From an uncultured Methanosarcinales archaeon (GTDB taxonomy: Archaea; Halobacteriota; Methanosarcinia; Methanotrichales; Methanotrichaceae): DNA of 64,000 bases. The notes beneath the pieces were generated by a model. That model did not search any database. It saw nothing but the letters and a program-made list of their open reading frames with translations, and was not told where the DNA came from. Numbering within the stretch: position 1 is the first letter of the stretch; the number at the start of each line of letters is the position of its first letter. The position numbers were made by a program, and so were the translations under genes. Below, in pieces: positions 44,501-56,300 of the stretch. Where the stretch lies: positions 1 to 64,000 of the forward strand of contig CAWJKV010000009.1 of NCBI GenBank assembly GCA_963843555.1, in the 5' to 3' direction.

Positions 44501-47500
44501 CACGTAGTTGGTCAGATTTCTGGTGCCGGACATGGGGCCATCGATGTGGGCCACGATCTGCAGCAATTTGCTGGAGCCGGATGGCATGGGACCGATGTCG
44601 GACCAGTAGACATTCTGGCCGGTGTGCGCGCAGCCTGATGAAGACGAGACATAGCTCATGCCGGTGGGCAGAAGGTCTCGGACTGAGACGTGCGGAAGAG
44701 GAGAGCTGCCGGTATTCTCGACGAGAAGTGTGAAGGTGACGTTGGTGCTGGGTGAACCGAAAGTCGGGTCGGCGGTCTTGCTGACGGCTATCTTGGCTTC
44801 CTGAGCCCAAACTTCTGCAGAGTCATTGGCGGTTACGTTCTGGCCGTGCTCGGGTTGGCCTGAAACGTCCACGTAGTTGGTCAGATTTTTGGTGCCGGAT
44901 ATGGGGCTATCGATATGGGCCACGATCTGCAGCGATTTGCTGGAGCCGGATGACATGGGACCGATGTCGGACCAGGAGACATGCTGGCCAACTCGGGAGC
45001 TGCCCGATGTAGACGAGATGTAACTCATGCCATCCGGCAGAAGATCGCGGACTGAGACGTGCGGCAAAGAAGCGTTGCCCGTATTCTCGACGACAAGCGT
45101 GAAGGTGACGTTGGTGCCCGGTGAACCGAAGGTGGGATCGGCGGTCTTGTTGACAGATATTTTGGCTTCCTGGGCTTTCACGCTTGCGGTGGCATTGGCT
45201 GTGACGTTCTGGCCGTGCTCGGGTTGGCCTGAAACGTCCACGTGGTTGGTCAGATTTTTGGTGCCGGACATGGGGCCATCGATGTGGGCCACGATCTGCA
45301 GCAATTTGCTGGAGCCGGATGACATGGGACCGATGTCGGACCAGGAGACATGCTGGCCAACTCGGGAGCTGCCCGATGAAGATGCAATGTAGCTCATGCC
45401 ATCCGGCAGAAGATCGCTGACGGAGACATGCGGAAGAGAAGAGCTGCCGCTATTGGTGACCTGCAGAGTAAAGGTGACGTTGGTGCCCGGTGAGCCGAAG
45501 GTGGGATTGGCGGTCTTGTTGACGGATATTTTGGCTTCCTGGGCGTTCACGCTTGCGGAGGCATTGGCCGTGACATTCTGGCCGTGCTCGGGTTGGCCTG
45601 AAACGTCCACGTAGTTGGTCAGATTTTTGGTGCCGGACATGGGGCCATCGATATGGGCTACGATCTGCAGCAATTTGCTGGAGCCGGATGACATGGGACC
45701 GATGTCGGACCAGGAGACATTCTGGCCAACTCGGGAACTGCCCGATGATGATGCGATGTAGCTCATGCCATCCGGCAGAAGATCGCTGACGGAGACATGC
45801 GGAAGAGAAGAGCTGCCGCTATTGGTGACCTGCAGAGTAAAGGTGACGTTAGTGCCCGGTGAGCCGAAGGTGGGATTGGCGGTCTTGTTGACGGAAATTT
45901 TGGCTTCCTGGGCGTTCACGCTTGCGGAGGCATTGGCCGTGACATTCTGGCCGTGCTCGGGTTGGCCTGAAACGTCCACGTGGTTGGTCAGATTTTTGGT
46001 GCCGGACATGGGGCCATCGATATGGGCTACGATCTGCAGCAATTTGCTGGAGCCGGATGACATGGGACCGATGTCGGACCAGGAGACATTCTGGCCAACT
46101 CGGGAGCTGCCCGATGAAGACGAGATGTAACTCATGCCATCCGGCAGAAGATCGCTGACGAAGACATGCGGCAGAGAAGAGCTGCCGCTATTGGTGACCT
46201 GCAGAGTAAAGGTGACGTTAGTGCCCGGTGAGCCGAAGGTGGGATTGGCGGTCTTGTTGACGGAAATTTTGGCTTCCTGGGCGTTCACGCTTGCGGAGGC
46301 ATTGGCTGTGACATTCTGGCCGTGCTCGGGTTGGCCTGAAACGTCCACGTGGTTGGTCAGATTTTTGGTGCCGGACATGGGGCCATCGATATGGGCTACG
46401 ATCTGCAGCAATTTGCTGGTACCAGATGACATGGGACCGATGTCGGACCAGGAGACATTCTGGCCAACTCGGGAACTGCCCGATGATGATGCGATGTAGC
46501 TCATGCCATCCGGCAGAAGATCGCTGACGGAGACATGCGGAAGAGAAGCGTTGCCCGTATTCTCGACGAGCAGAGTGAAGGTGACGTTGGTGCTCGGTGA
46601 ACCGAAGGTGGGATCGGCGGTCTTGTCGACGGATATTTTTGCTTCCTGGGCGTTCACGCTTGCGGAGGCATTGGCCGTGACATTCTGGCCGTGCTCGGGT
46701 TGGCCTGAAACGTCCACGTAGTTGGTCAGATTTTTGGTGCCAGATATGGGGCCATCGATATGGGCCACGATCTGCAGCGATTTGCTGGAGCCAGATGACA
46801 TGGGACCGATGTCGGGCCAGGAGACATGCTGGCCAACCCGGGAGCTGCCCGATGAAGACGAGATGTAACTCATGCCATCCGGCAGAAGATCGCTGACGAA
46901 GACATGCGGCAGCGAGGAGCTGCCGGTATTCTCGACGAGCAGAGTGAAGGTGACGTTGGTGCTCGGTGAGCCGAAGGTGGGATCGGCGGTCTTGTTGACG
47001 GAAATTTTGGCTTCCTGAGCCCGAACTTCTGCAGAGTCATTGGCGGTGACATTCTGGCCGTGTTCGGGTTGACCTGACACGTCCACGTGGTTGGTCAGAT
47101 TTTTGGTGCCGGACATGGGGCCATCGATATGGGCTGCGATCTGCAGCAATTTGCTGGAGCCGGATGACATGGGACCGATGTCGGACCAGGAGACATGCTG
47201 GCCAACCCGAGAGCTGCCCGATGTAGACGAGATGTAACTCATGCCATCCGGCAGAAGATCGCGGACTGAGACATGCGGCAGAGAAGAGCTGCCGCTATTG
47301 GTGACCTGCAGAGTAAAGGTGACGTTAGTGCCCGGTGAGCCGAAGGTGGGATTGGCAGTTTTGCGAACAGCTATCTTGGCTTCCTGAGCCCGAACTTCTG
47401 CGGAGGCATTGGCTGTGACATTCTGGCCGTGCTCGGGTTGGCCTGAAACGTCCACGTAGTTGGTCAGATTTTTGGTGCCGGATATGGGGCCATCGATATG

Positions 47501-50500
47501 GGCTACGATCTGCAGCAATTTGCTGGAGCCGGATGACATGGGACCGATGTCGGACCAGGAGACATGATGGCCAACTCGGGAGCTGCCCGATGATGATGCA
47601 ATGTAGCTCATGCCATCCGGCAGAAGATCGCTGACGAAGACATGCGGCAGAGAAGCGTTGCCCGTATTTTCGACGAGCAGTGTGAAAGTGACATTGGTGC
47701 TCGGTGAGCCGAAGGCGGGATCGGCGGTCTTGCTGACGGAGATCTTGGCTTCCTGGGCGTTCACGCTTGCGGAGGCATTGGCTGTGACATTCTGGCCGTG
47801 CTCGGGTTGGCCTGAGACGTCCACGTAGTTGGTCAGATTTTTGGTGCCGGATATGGGGCCGTCGATGTGGGCCACGATCTGCAGCAATTTGCTGGAGCCG
47901 GATGACATGGGACCGATGTCGGACCAGGAGACATGCTGGCTCACTCGGGAACTGCCCGGTGAAGACGAAACATAACTCATGCCATCCGGCAGGAGATCGC
48001 GGACTGAAACATGCGGCAGCGGGGCACTGCCCGCATTCTCGACGACAAGTGTGAAGGTGACGTTGGTGCTAGGTGAGCCGAAGGTGGGATCGGCGGTCTT
48101 GCTGACGGCTATCTTGGCTTCCTGGGCGTTCACGCTTGCGGAGGCATTGGCTGTGACATTCTGGCCGTGATCGGGTTGGCCTGAGACGTCCACGTAGTTG
48201 GTCAGATTTTTGGCGCCGGATATTGGGCTATCGATATGGGCTATGATCTTCAGCAATTTGCTGGTAGCCAGATGACATGGGACCGATGTCGGACCAGGAG
48301 ACATTTTGGCCCACTCGGGTGCTGCCCGATGAGGATGCTATGTAGCTCATGCCGGAGGGCAGGAGATCGCGGACTGAAACATGCGGCAGCGGGGCACTGC
48401 CCGCATTCTCGACGACAAGTGTGAAGGTGACATTGGTGCTAGGTGAGCCGAAAGTCGGATCGGCGGTCTTGCTGACGGTGATCTTGGCTTCCTGGGCACG
48501 AACGTCTGCCGAATCGTTGGCTGTGACATTCTGGCCGTGATCGGGTTGGCCTGAAACGTCCACGTAGTTGGTCAGATTTTTGGTGCCGGAAATGGGGCCG
48601 TCGATATGGGCTACGATCTGCAACGATTTGCTGGCACCAGAGTGACATGGGACCGATTTCGGACCAGGAGACATTCTGGCCCACACGGGTGCTGCCCGGT
48701 GAAGACGAAACATAACTCATGCCATCCGGCAGGAGATCGCGGACTGAGACATGCGGCAGCGGGGCACTGCCCGCATTCTCGACGAGCAGAGTGAAGGTGA
48801 CGTTGGTGCTCGGTGAGCCGAAGGTGGGATTGGCGGTCTTGCTGACGGTGATCTTGGCTTCCTGAGCCTGCACGATCGCTGAGGAATTGGCTGTGACATT
48901 CTGGCCGTGATCGGGTTGGCCTGAGACGTCTACGTAGTTGGTCAGATTTTTGGTGCCGGAAATGGGGCCGTCGATATGGGCTACGATCTGCAGCGATTTG
49001 CTGGCACCGGAGGACATGGGACCGATGTCGGACCAGGAGACATTCTGGCCCACTCGGGTGCTGCCCGGTGAAGACGAAACATAACTCATGCCATCCGGCA
49101 GGAGATCGCGGACTGAGACATGCGGCAGCAGGGCACTGCCCGCATTCTCGACGACAAGCGTGAATGTGACGTTGGTGCTGGGTGAGCCGAAGGTGGGATC
49201 GGCGGTCTTGCTGACGGCTATCTTGGCTTCCTGAGCCTGCACGATCGCTGAGGAATTGGCTGTGACATTCTGGCCGTGCTTCGGAATGCCAGTCACATCC
49301 ACATAGTTGGTCAGATTTTTGGTGCCGGATATGGGGCCGTCGATATGGGCTACAATCTGCAACGATCTGCTGGCACCAGAGGACATGGGACCGATTTCTG
49401 ACCAGGAGACATTCTGGCCCACTCGGGTGCTGCCCGGTGAAGACGAAACATAACTCATGCCATCCGGCAGGAGATCGCGGACTGAGACATGCGGCAGCAG
49501 GGCACTGCCCGCATTCTCGACGACAAGCGTGAATGTGACGTTGGTGCTGGGTGAGCCGAAGGCGGGGTCAGCGGTCTTGCTGACGGCTATCTTGGCTTCC
49601 TGGGACTGGACAATTGCAGTAGAGCTATTAGTGACATTATTTCCAAGTTCAGGCTTCCCATCCACATGCACAAGGTTGGTCAAAGTATCATTTCCCATCA
49701 CGGGGCCTCTAATTAGGGCTTTGACCCACAATTGCTTGCTTGCGCCAATCTCAATGGGACCAATGTTGGACCAATTTACATGGAGGCCGCTATTTGTGCT
49801 TCCTGGTGGGGAGGAGATATAGCTCATACCAGCCGGCAGAAGGTCGCTTACGAAGACATCTTTCAGGCTTATATTTCCAATATTCTGAATATTGAGAGTA
49901 AAGTTCACAACAGTACCTGGAGAACCCGAGGCTATGTCAAGCGTCTTGACCACGGCAATGTTCTGCTTCAATGCAAGAACATCTACGAAGTCGGAAGAGG
50001 TACTGCTATCAAACACCTTTTGGTCATCATCGTCTCCGTCAGCGAAATATCGGAGGTTGTACCCTTTACCGGTCACGGTGTTGGTGAGCTTGCCACACTC
50101 ATTTCCGTTGAATGAAGCAGTCACGTGGATAGTAAATTGCTCGCCGGGATTCAGGACTCTTCCAAAGGATTGACTGAGGTTGGCCCATTTGAGAGTAGTA
50201 CTACCATTAATATTAGGGGTAGAAGAGGTTACAACAGGACTTGCATTGATGAAGGTGAGACCTTTGGGTAAGAGATCCGTAATCTCAGTTTTATTCAGGA
50301 GAACATCACCGCTATTAGTAACATTTATCTCAAAAGTGGTCAGGCTATTAGGTGCTCCATATACGGGATTTGCGGTCTTGCTTACCACTATATTCGTAAT
50401 ATAGTCTATACCTATGGTCAAGGCATAAACACCGCTGACTGTTTGACGCGGGTTCGACGGACTCGCCCAGGGTGGATAGCCATTGGCAAAGGCTGTATTC

Positions 50501-51237
50501 CTTATCGTGGGCGTATGGAAATCTGCCGGCCCCAGTATATCCTCTTGCGCTGAGGTGTATGACACGATGCCCGAGGCCGTTTGTCCTGCTGCCAAATTGG
50601 TTCGATTGAGTGGGACCGAAATGAAAATATTTGAAGGGTGTTCAATAACGTCATCAACGGTTATATTATTTACATCAAAACTAAAGGGATTTATAACTAT
50701 AATGGTATAATTTACCCTTCCACCCATTGGCACGTAAACGAGATCGGGCATCTTTGTCACAAGCAAGGATCCTCCTATCCCCAGGCTAATGGCCCATCTC
50801 TTTTTCGTTGAGGTCACATCTGCACCATTAGGTTTCCGGCCAGTAGCCCATGCATTGTTGACCAATGGGCCAGGCATATCTGTCACGCTGATCTTGTGAC
50901 TGATGGAGTGAGTCCAGGTACCACCTGCAGAGAGGTTTCCTATGGATATGGATCCTAAACGGTCATCAATAAAGACGACGTTAGTCAGATTTACTCCGTC
51001 GTTATTTGTTACTTTATAATCATAAACGACAGTGTCTCCGAATTGGGCTGACATGGTACTTCCTGTTTTTGTCACTGTCAAAGCCATAGCAGCATCAATA
51101 GAAATGAATAATAAATGTATGATGAGGACTAATAATAGCAACTTTTTTATCCTAGTGTTTATATTTCTCAGATTTTTTGAATCATTGATTTGGCATACTG
51201 TGCGCGATTGAACCCCACCTCCAGATAATGACCCCAT
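32537..51237 (-). CDS. Giant secreted DUF11-repeat surface protein (~6,200 aa when frameshifts are bridged)
   Basis: Signal peptide from 51237 (KKLLLLVLIIHLLFISIDAAMA) after a GGAGGT RBS. ORFs 48439-51237, 48228-48713, 43718-48304, 43030-43551, 34842-43334, 34552-34863, 34245-34700, 33614-34390, 32905-33636, 32763-32969 and 32537-32812 join colinearly. DUF11 pattern: VxKT...VTFTLxVxNxG...VxDLLPxGMSY. Confidence 0.85.
35600..49960 (-). repeat. Tandem array of ~39 units of 369 bp (123 aa); ~37 near-identical
   Basis: The GMSY marker recurs at 369-bp spacing from ~35800 to ~49825, with 370-bp spacing at four indel sites. Confidence 0.95.
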
Positions 51238-51241
51238 CAGA

Positions 51242-51390
51242 TACCTCCTATAAATTTGAACTATGAATGTAGTTAGTACCTCGGCGAGTATTATAAACTT
51301 ATTGCTTAAGATAAGAAACTGATCAGTCTCGAAAAGTTTGGAGAATATTTATATTCTGAACTTCAAATTCCGGTATGAAATTTGAATCAT
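51242..51390 (-). promoter_or_regulatory. RBS, TATA-like element and palindromes upstream of the giant gene
   Basis: GGAGGT; TTTATAAT at ~51290-51297; inverted repeats actgatcagt, agaatat-tt-atattct and ttcaaatt-N9-aatttgaa. Confidence 0.5.
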
Positions 51391-51924
51391 CCAAAATATC
51401 CCCTGGAATACTTACCCCAATGAATAGGATGACAGGGTGCGAGATAGCTAGAAATATTTGATGATGCGAAGGCTAGTCCAGTAGATCTGTGAGGATTATT
51501 ATGTATTATGTTATATTATACTACTGCAAGAAGAACAAGGTTCTGGCAAAGTTCTTTGTCATTCAAGAAATTTTTTTATATGTATAAGCAGTCGCGGTCT
51601 TTCTTGAATTCAATCAATTCACAGGCGATAGATAGTCCAGAATATTCATCATATGATCAGGAATTGCTAAACGGTCAGTGGGAAGGTGGATGTTCTGAAC
51701 CGGTCTGCAGAGAAGAATGGGATTTGCAGTTCGGTGTGTTCCGATTAATAGGATCGGCCCGATACCCGGTCTATTGGTCCCCATTTAAGCTGCAGGCAGC
51801 AATGCCATGGAAGAATAAGGTGCCAAAAATCCAAGCCTCCGGCTGGTTGCCCTCTGGCCATCAGGCCCGATTCCATGTAAGATCCATATCATAATGCCCT
51901 GCTCTGATATGGTTGAGGTCTTCC

Positions 51925-52542
51925 TCAAGAGCTGATGTCAGGGAACTGGAACTGATCGGGCAGGAAGTTAGAGGCACCGGCTTCATAGAGATCCAGCTCG
52001 AAGATAGAGTACATAATCTCATCTCCTGCTTCATCGGTCAAAAAGAGCAGCGGAGTATTGTAGCGATAGTAGCCGTAAACGTTCTGAAATCTTCCTGCCT
52101 TTCCGTCCCATTGGTCTCCAATGGTGAAGTAGAGTTCATAATCTCCATCATTGATGCCCTTGATTTCGATGGATTCCCTGCTGCGGAGGTATACGACCAG
52201 CAGGGGCTTTAAATTCCGGTCGGTCAGCACAGCCACAGTGTCCATGGTCCAGTTGTTATGGATGGCGAGGAGACCGTAGCCGTCCCGCTGCATATCTCGG
52301 AAGTAGGTGCCGGTCTCCGTGCGGTCTGTGGGCTGCGATATTGCAGTTGAAGATAGAATAAAAGATGCGAAGGTGACGGCCAGCAAGAGTCGCGCCAGTG
52401 TGAATGTATTCGGCCAATTGTGGCAGAAAGATAAAGAGGATCGCGATGGCCTGGGATTGGTCTGGGAAGAACGGCTAAATGGCATCAAAACCTTCATTGT
52501 GGAGATACTGCCGGTATCTGGAAGATCGCATGTTGGCTGCAT
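51925..52542 (-). CDS. Hypothetical exported beta-rich protein; start uncertain
   Basis: Hydrophobic LLLAVTFASFILSSTAIS followed by GYGLLAIHN...VYLRS...IKGINDGDYELYFTIGDQWD. Confidence 0.65.
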   Translation of the reverse strand: MQPTCDLPDTGSISTMKVLMPFSRSSQTNPRPSRSSLSFCHNWPNTFTLARLLLAVTFASFILSSTAISQPTDRTETGTYFRDMQRDGYGLLAIHNNWTMDTVAVLTDRNLKPLLVVYLRSRESIEIKGINDGDYELYFTIGDQWDGKAGRFQNVYGYYRYNTPLLFLTDEAGDEIMYSIFELDLYEAGASNFLPDQFQFPDISS

Positions 52543-52658
52543 CGACTCTAGAGTACCATTTTGATAAGAGTTAAACTTTTCCTCGAATGTGATGGTATCT
52601 GTTAAAATTTACTCTTCAAGTTGCACACAATCGTCTATATGATTCTACGAGTCCAGGT

Positions 52659-52946
52659 ATGACTATGGCATGGAAGGAATTAAGTGCAATAGGTATTGTC
52701 TCGATCGTAATCATGCTGGCTCTGCCAACGGTTAGTGCTTCTTATGATTCCCTCTCGGATCTGGAGTCCTCGATATCAGGCTTCGATGATCCTCGCATGG
52801 ACTCTGAGGATCTTGCTTTCTACCTTGCCACTCACAATTTCGATGCCACTCCTAAAGGCGGATATGTTGAAGTCGATCTGTCTGACAATGTATACAAGCT
52901 CACTCCTAACGGCTCGGCTCCTGGACTCTGCAGCATTGCACAGTAG
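52659..52946 (+). CDS. Small secreted hypothetical protein
   Basis: Signal peptide followed by an acidic domain DLAFYLATHNFDATPK...LTPNG. Confidence 0.65.
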   Translation: MTMAWKELSAIGIVSIVIMLALPTVSASYDSLSDLESSISGFDDPRMDSEDLAFYLATHNFDATPKGGYVEVDLSDNVYKLTPNGSAPGLCSIAQ

Positions 52947-52990
52947 TGGATTGCCCTTATGGCCCATTGCTTCTATTCTGTTTGATCCTA

Positions 52991-53746
52991 TCAATCCCTG
53001 CCTTCGTACTCGTACTCTTCCAGGCCATCGGTTGCGATGGTCATCAGGAAGTAGGCGAGGCAGTCTCTCTTGAATTCATTCTCCTGGGAAGGCGGCTTAA
53101 TTCCCGTGATCCGGCAGATGTCTTCTGCCTCTTCGGTCTTTCCTGCAATCTTCTGCAGCCAGACGAATAGCATGACCTTCAATGCATTAAGCCTCTCTGC
53201 ATCTTTTTGCAATCTCATTATGTCCTTCTGAACTTCGGGGTCGCAGCTCAGCTCTCGCAACATATCCGCGAATCTGGCGGTTCCCAGGCAGTCGGGGTAG
53301 AAGCAGATCACATCTCCGCATTCCGGATCCGGGTTAAGCATGGGGAATGTCCTGCATATACGAGGCCGGCTTTCATAGACCCTACACCTGTGCGTCTTTG
53401 CATCCAGAAAGCAGCAGTTCCTCTTCGGGCCGATGTTCTTCAGTACCCTGTATCCTATCCTCTCTTCCGGATCGGGATCTGTGAATCTGGCTTCTGCCTC
53501 GGATACACTCAATGCAAACGATCTGGCTATCTCTTGCATATCTTCGTGATCCACCAGAGTATAACCCTCGCCTCTGCAGCATTCACTGCAGTTCATACAC
53601 TCAAAAAGAACCTGAGCGGCAATCTGAGGGAATTGGGTCTCAGGGATAACGTCATTGAACCACTCCAGAAACGACTCTTTTTCTTCACTCACATGATTCA
53701 CCTTATCCGAATTTATGTCCCTGACATCGTCCGGAACAAATTCCAC
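52991..53746 (-). CDS. YkgJ/UPF0153 CxxCxxCC protein; start uncertain
   Basis: FECMNCSECC, CCFLD, CRVYESRPRICRTFP. Confidence 0.82.
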   Translation of the reverse strand: MEFVPDDVRDINSDKVNHVSEEKESFLEWFNDVIPETQFPQIAAQVLFECMNCSECCRGEGYTLVDHEDMQEIARSFALSVSEAEARFTDPDPEERIGYRVLKNIGPKRNCCFLDAKTHRCRVYESRPRICRTFPMLNPDPECGDVICFYPDCLGTARFADMLRELSCDPEVQKDIMRLQKDAERLNALKVMLFVWLQKIAGKTEEAEDICRITGIKPPSQENEFKRDCLAYFLMTIATDGLEEYEYEGRD

Positions 53747-54360
53747 ACACCTGTGGCCACGAAGTTGACTGCCACAGCGCCCAGCATCAGCCCCATAATC
53801 CTGGTCAAGACCATGATCCCAGTTACTCCCAGGACTTTGTCGATATACTCCGAGAACCTGAGGACGAATAAGGTGATCACAAAGGTCAGCACTATGGCCA
53901 GGATCACGAGCCCTTTTTCTGCAATGGTGCCGGCCGATCCCATCAACACTATCACTGTTGTAATGGCCCCCGGGCCGGTAAGGAGCGGCATGGCCAGGGG
54001 AAAGACGGAGATATCCTCCCTATGATTGGCATCCCGAAGCTCAGCTTCAGTGACCTTCTTTTGCTGGCCAACACCTCGCAGCATATCGATGGCCACCAGG
54101 AAGAGCAGGACGCCTCCTGCGACGCGAAGGTTGTCCGCAGTAATGCCGAAGATGCGAAGCACAATGTCTCCAGCCACGGCAAATAAAATAGCAATGGAGA
54201 AGGCTACCGATGTGGTCCGCTTGTGAATATGATTCTTCTCCGTGGAATCCAGGCCGCTGGTAAGAGTGACATAGACCATAGTGGCCTCGATGGGGTTGAC
54301 TATTACGAAGATGGAGCTGAAGACGTACACGAAGTAGAGGAAGTAGTCGCTTATATCCAT
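53713..54360 (-). CDS. MarC family integral membrane protein
   Basis: FVIVNPI, VAGGVLLF, VFPLAMPLLTGPGAI, TRIMGLML. Confidence 0.9.
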   Translation of the reverse strand: MDISDYFLYFVYVFSSIFVIVNPIEATMVYVTLTSGLDSTEKNHIHKRTTSVAFSIAILFAVAGDIVLRIFGITADNLRVAGGVLLFLVAIDMLRGVGQQKKVTEAELRDANHREDISVFPLAMPLLTGPGAITTVIVLMGSAGTIAEKGLVILAIVLTFVITLFVLRFSEYIDKVLGVTGIMVLTRIMGLMLGAVAVNFVATGVWNLFRTMSGT

Positions 54361-54626
54361 TGCAGTTTCCTTTTAACTGGTCTGATCACCCTGGTAGGGT
54401 ATAATTTCCTTTCCATCTGGCACTGTTTCAACTATAGGCGCATTCCTGTTTTAATAGTATCTCTGAATAGGTGAGCAATCATTTATACAGCGATTCGTGT
54501 TCTTCTAATGCAGTCATTTCGGTCAGGCAATGAGATCGAATACAAACGGCCATAAACGTCGCCCGTCTGGGAGAGACGATTTGTTGTCAAAGATTAAATA
54601 AAAAAAAGATTTCTGGATTGGGTGGC

Positions 54627-56300
54627 TTAGAACATCCCGGGAGGCATTCCGCCCATTCCTGGCATACCACCCATTCCGCCCATGCCGCCCATTCCTGGCG
54701 GCATGCCACCCGCTCCGCGAGCAGGAGCCTTCTTGGTCGACGCCAGGACATCATCGATACGAAGGATGAGGCAAGCAGCATCGGTGGCCGACAAAATGGC
54801 CTGAATCTTGACGCGCAGAGGCTCGACTACACCAAGTTTGTACATGTCCTCGACTTCGCCGGTGTAGGCATTGAGACCCATATTCTTGTTTTTCGCGTGC
54901 TTGTTCTTAAGTTCTGCAACCTTGTCGATAGCGTCGAATCCGGCGTTTTCGGCCAGAGTCCTGGGCACGATCTCCACTGCTTCGGCGAACTTGGTGACTG
55001 CCAATTGCTCACGGCCCTTCAGAGTGGCTGAATATTCCCGAAGGCGCAGGGCGAGCTCAATCTCAGGGGCTCCACCGCCCGCCACCAGCAACTTGTCCTC
55101 AACTACATCGGCCACGGCATGCAGCGCATCATCCAGCGCCCTTTCCAGGCCGTTCAAGACCTGCTGAGTTCCACCCCTGAGAAGCAGTGTTACGGCACGA
55201 TTCTTGGTGCCGCTGACAAAGGTCATGATGCCGTTTCCAACCCGCTTCTCCTCTACCAGAGCAGCAGTGCCAAGATCGCTGGGGCTGAGCTCGTCGAGGC
55301 TGGTGACGATGTTGGCTCCCGTGGCCTTGGAGATTTTGTCCAGGTCCTTTTTAATAACGCGACGCAGGGCGAGAATGCCGGCAGTGGCCAGGTAATGCTG
55401 GGCCTGGTCATCGATGCCTTTCTGGCAGAGGACCACTGTGGCGCCGCTGGCAATCACTTTATCTGCTGCCTCTTTTACCCTCTTCTTCTCGTGCTCCATG
55501 AATTGCTGGAACTGGGTGGAGGAGGTGATCTGGATCTCAGTCTTGGTCTCGGTATCCTTGGCTTCGATGGGCGCGGAAAGGAGGGCGATCTTTGCATTCA
55601 CGATCTTGCGGGGCATATTCTGGTGGACGATCTCCTTATCAATCACTACGCCCTCGATGATCTCTGAATCCATAGTGCTCTCGCCGACCTTCTTTTCCAC
55701 ATTGACCCGATCCATGTCAAAGCTCTTTTTGCCGTCGTAGATCTCAATGGCGTTTAGGACCAGGTCGACAGCATATTTGGCTATCTCGTTGTCCGGGGAA
55801 TCGGCCAATTTACCAGTCATGGCCGTCTCGGCAATCCTCTCCAGCAGGGCGCGGTCACCCTCCGGGGCCTCGAAGGCGATGGACTTTACGATCTCCACTG
55901 CCTTTTCAGAGGCCATTCTGTAACCCTGCACAATCATTGTGGGGTGAACCTTCTGGTCCAGGAGGACCTCCGCTTTCTTGAGCAGCTCGCCAGCCAGGAC
56001 AGCCACAGTGGTGGTGCCGTCGCCTACCTCTTTATCCTGGGTCTTGGCAGCCTCGATGAGCATTTTAGCGGCAGGGTGCTGCACATCCATCTCTTTCAGA
56101 ATGGTCACGCCGTCGTTGGTGATGGTCACATCTCCCATGGAGTCCACCAGCAATTTATCCATGCCCTTGGGGCCCATGGTGCTGCGCACGGCATTGGCCA
56201 CGGCGCGGGCAGCCATGATGTTATTCGAAATGGCTTCTTTTCCCGACTCTCTGCGGGTGTCTCTTAAAATGATAACTGGTGTTCCGCCCATTCCTGCCAT
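54627..56300 (-). CDS. Thermosome (group II chaperonin) subunit
   Basis: [38 protein letters not shown]-rich tail. Confidence 0.96.
   Translation of the reverse strand: MAGMGGTPVIILRDTRRESGKEAISNNIMAARAVANAVRSTMGPKGMDKLLVDSMGDVTITNDGVTILKEMDVQHPAAKMLIEAAKTQDKEVGDGTTTVAVLAGELLKKAEVLLDQKVHPTMIVQGYRMASEKAVEIVKSIAFEAPEGDRALLERIAETAMTGKLADSPDNEIAKYAVDLVLNAIEIYDGKKSFDMDRVNVEKKVGESTMDSEIIEGVVIDKEIVHQNMPRKIVNAKIALLSAPIEAKDTETKTEIQITSSTQFQQFMEHEKKRVKEAADKVIASGATVVLCQKGIDDQAQHYLATAGILALRRVIKKDLDKISKATGANIVTSLDELSPSDLGTAALVEEKRVGNGIMTFVSGTKNRAVTLLLRGGTQQVLNGLERALDDALHAVADVVEDKLLVAGGGAPEIELALRLREYSATLKGREQLAVTKFAEAVEIVPRTLAENAGFDAIDKVAELKNKHAKNKNMGLNAYTGEVEDMYKLGVVEPLRVKIQAILSATDAACLILRIDDVLASTKKAPARGAGGMPPGMGGMGGMGGMPGMGGMPPGMF

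Noticed and set aside
35845..49822. Many + strand ORFs beginning MPSGRRS
   Set aside because: They are antisense shadows of the repeat gene and recur with its period.
35600..49960. CRISPR array or diversity-generating retroelement
   Set aside because: The units are 369-bp coding repeats with no unique spacers; there is no cas or reverse transcriptase gene, and no evident adenine-specific variation.
51508..51894. 128-aa + strand ORF
   Set aside because: It starts in low-complexity AT-rich DNA, with no RBS or recognisable domain.
54480..54600. Possible fluoride-riboswitch-like words (ggcaatga...gccataaacg)
   Set aside because: The pseudoknot pairing and spacing do not fit, and the orientation does not lead into a gene.
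54630..54715. GGM-coding repeats at the thermosome 3' end
   Set aside because: This is the ordinary chaperonin C-terminal tail.
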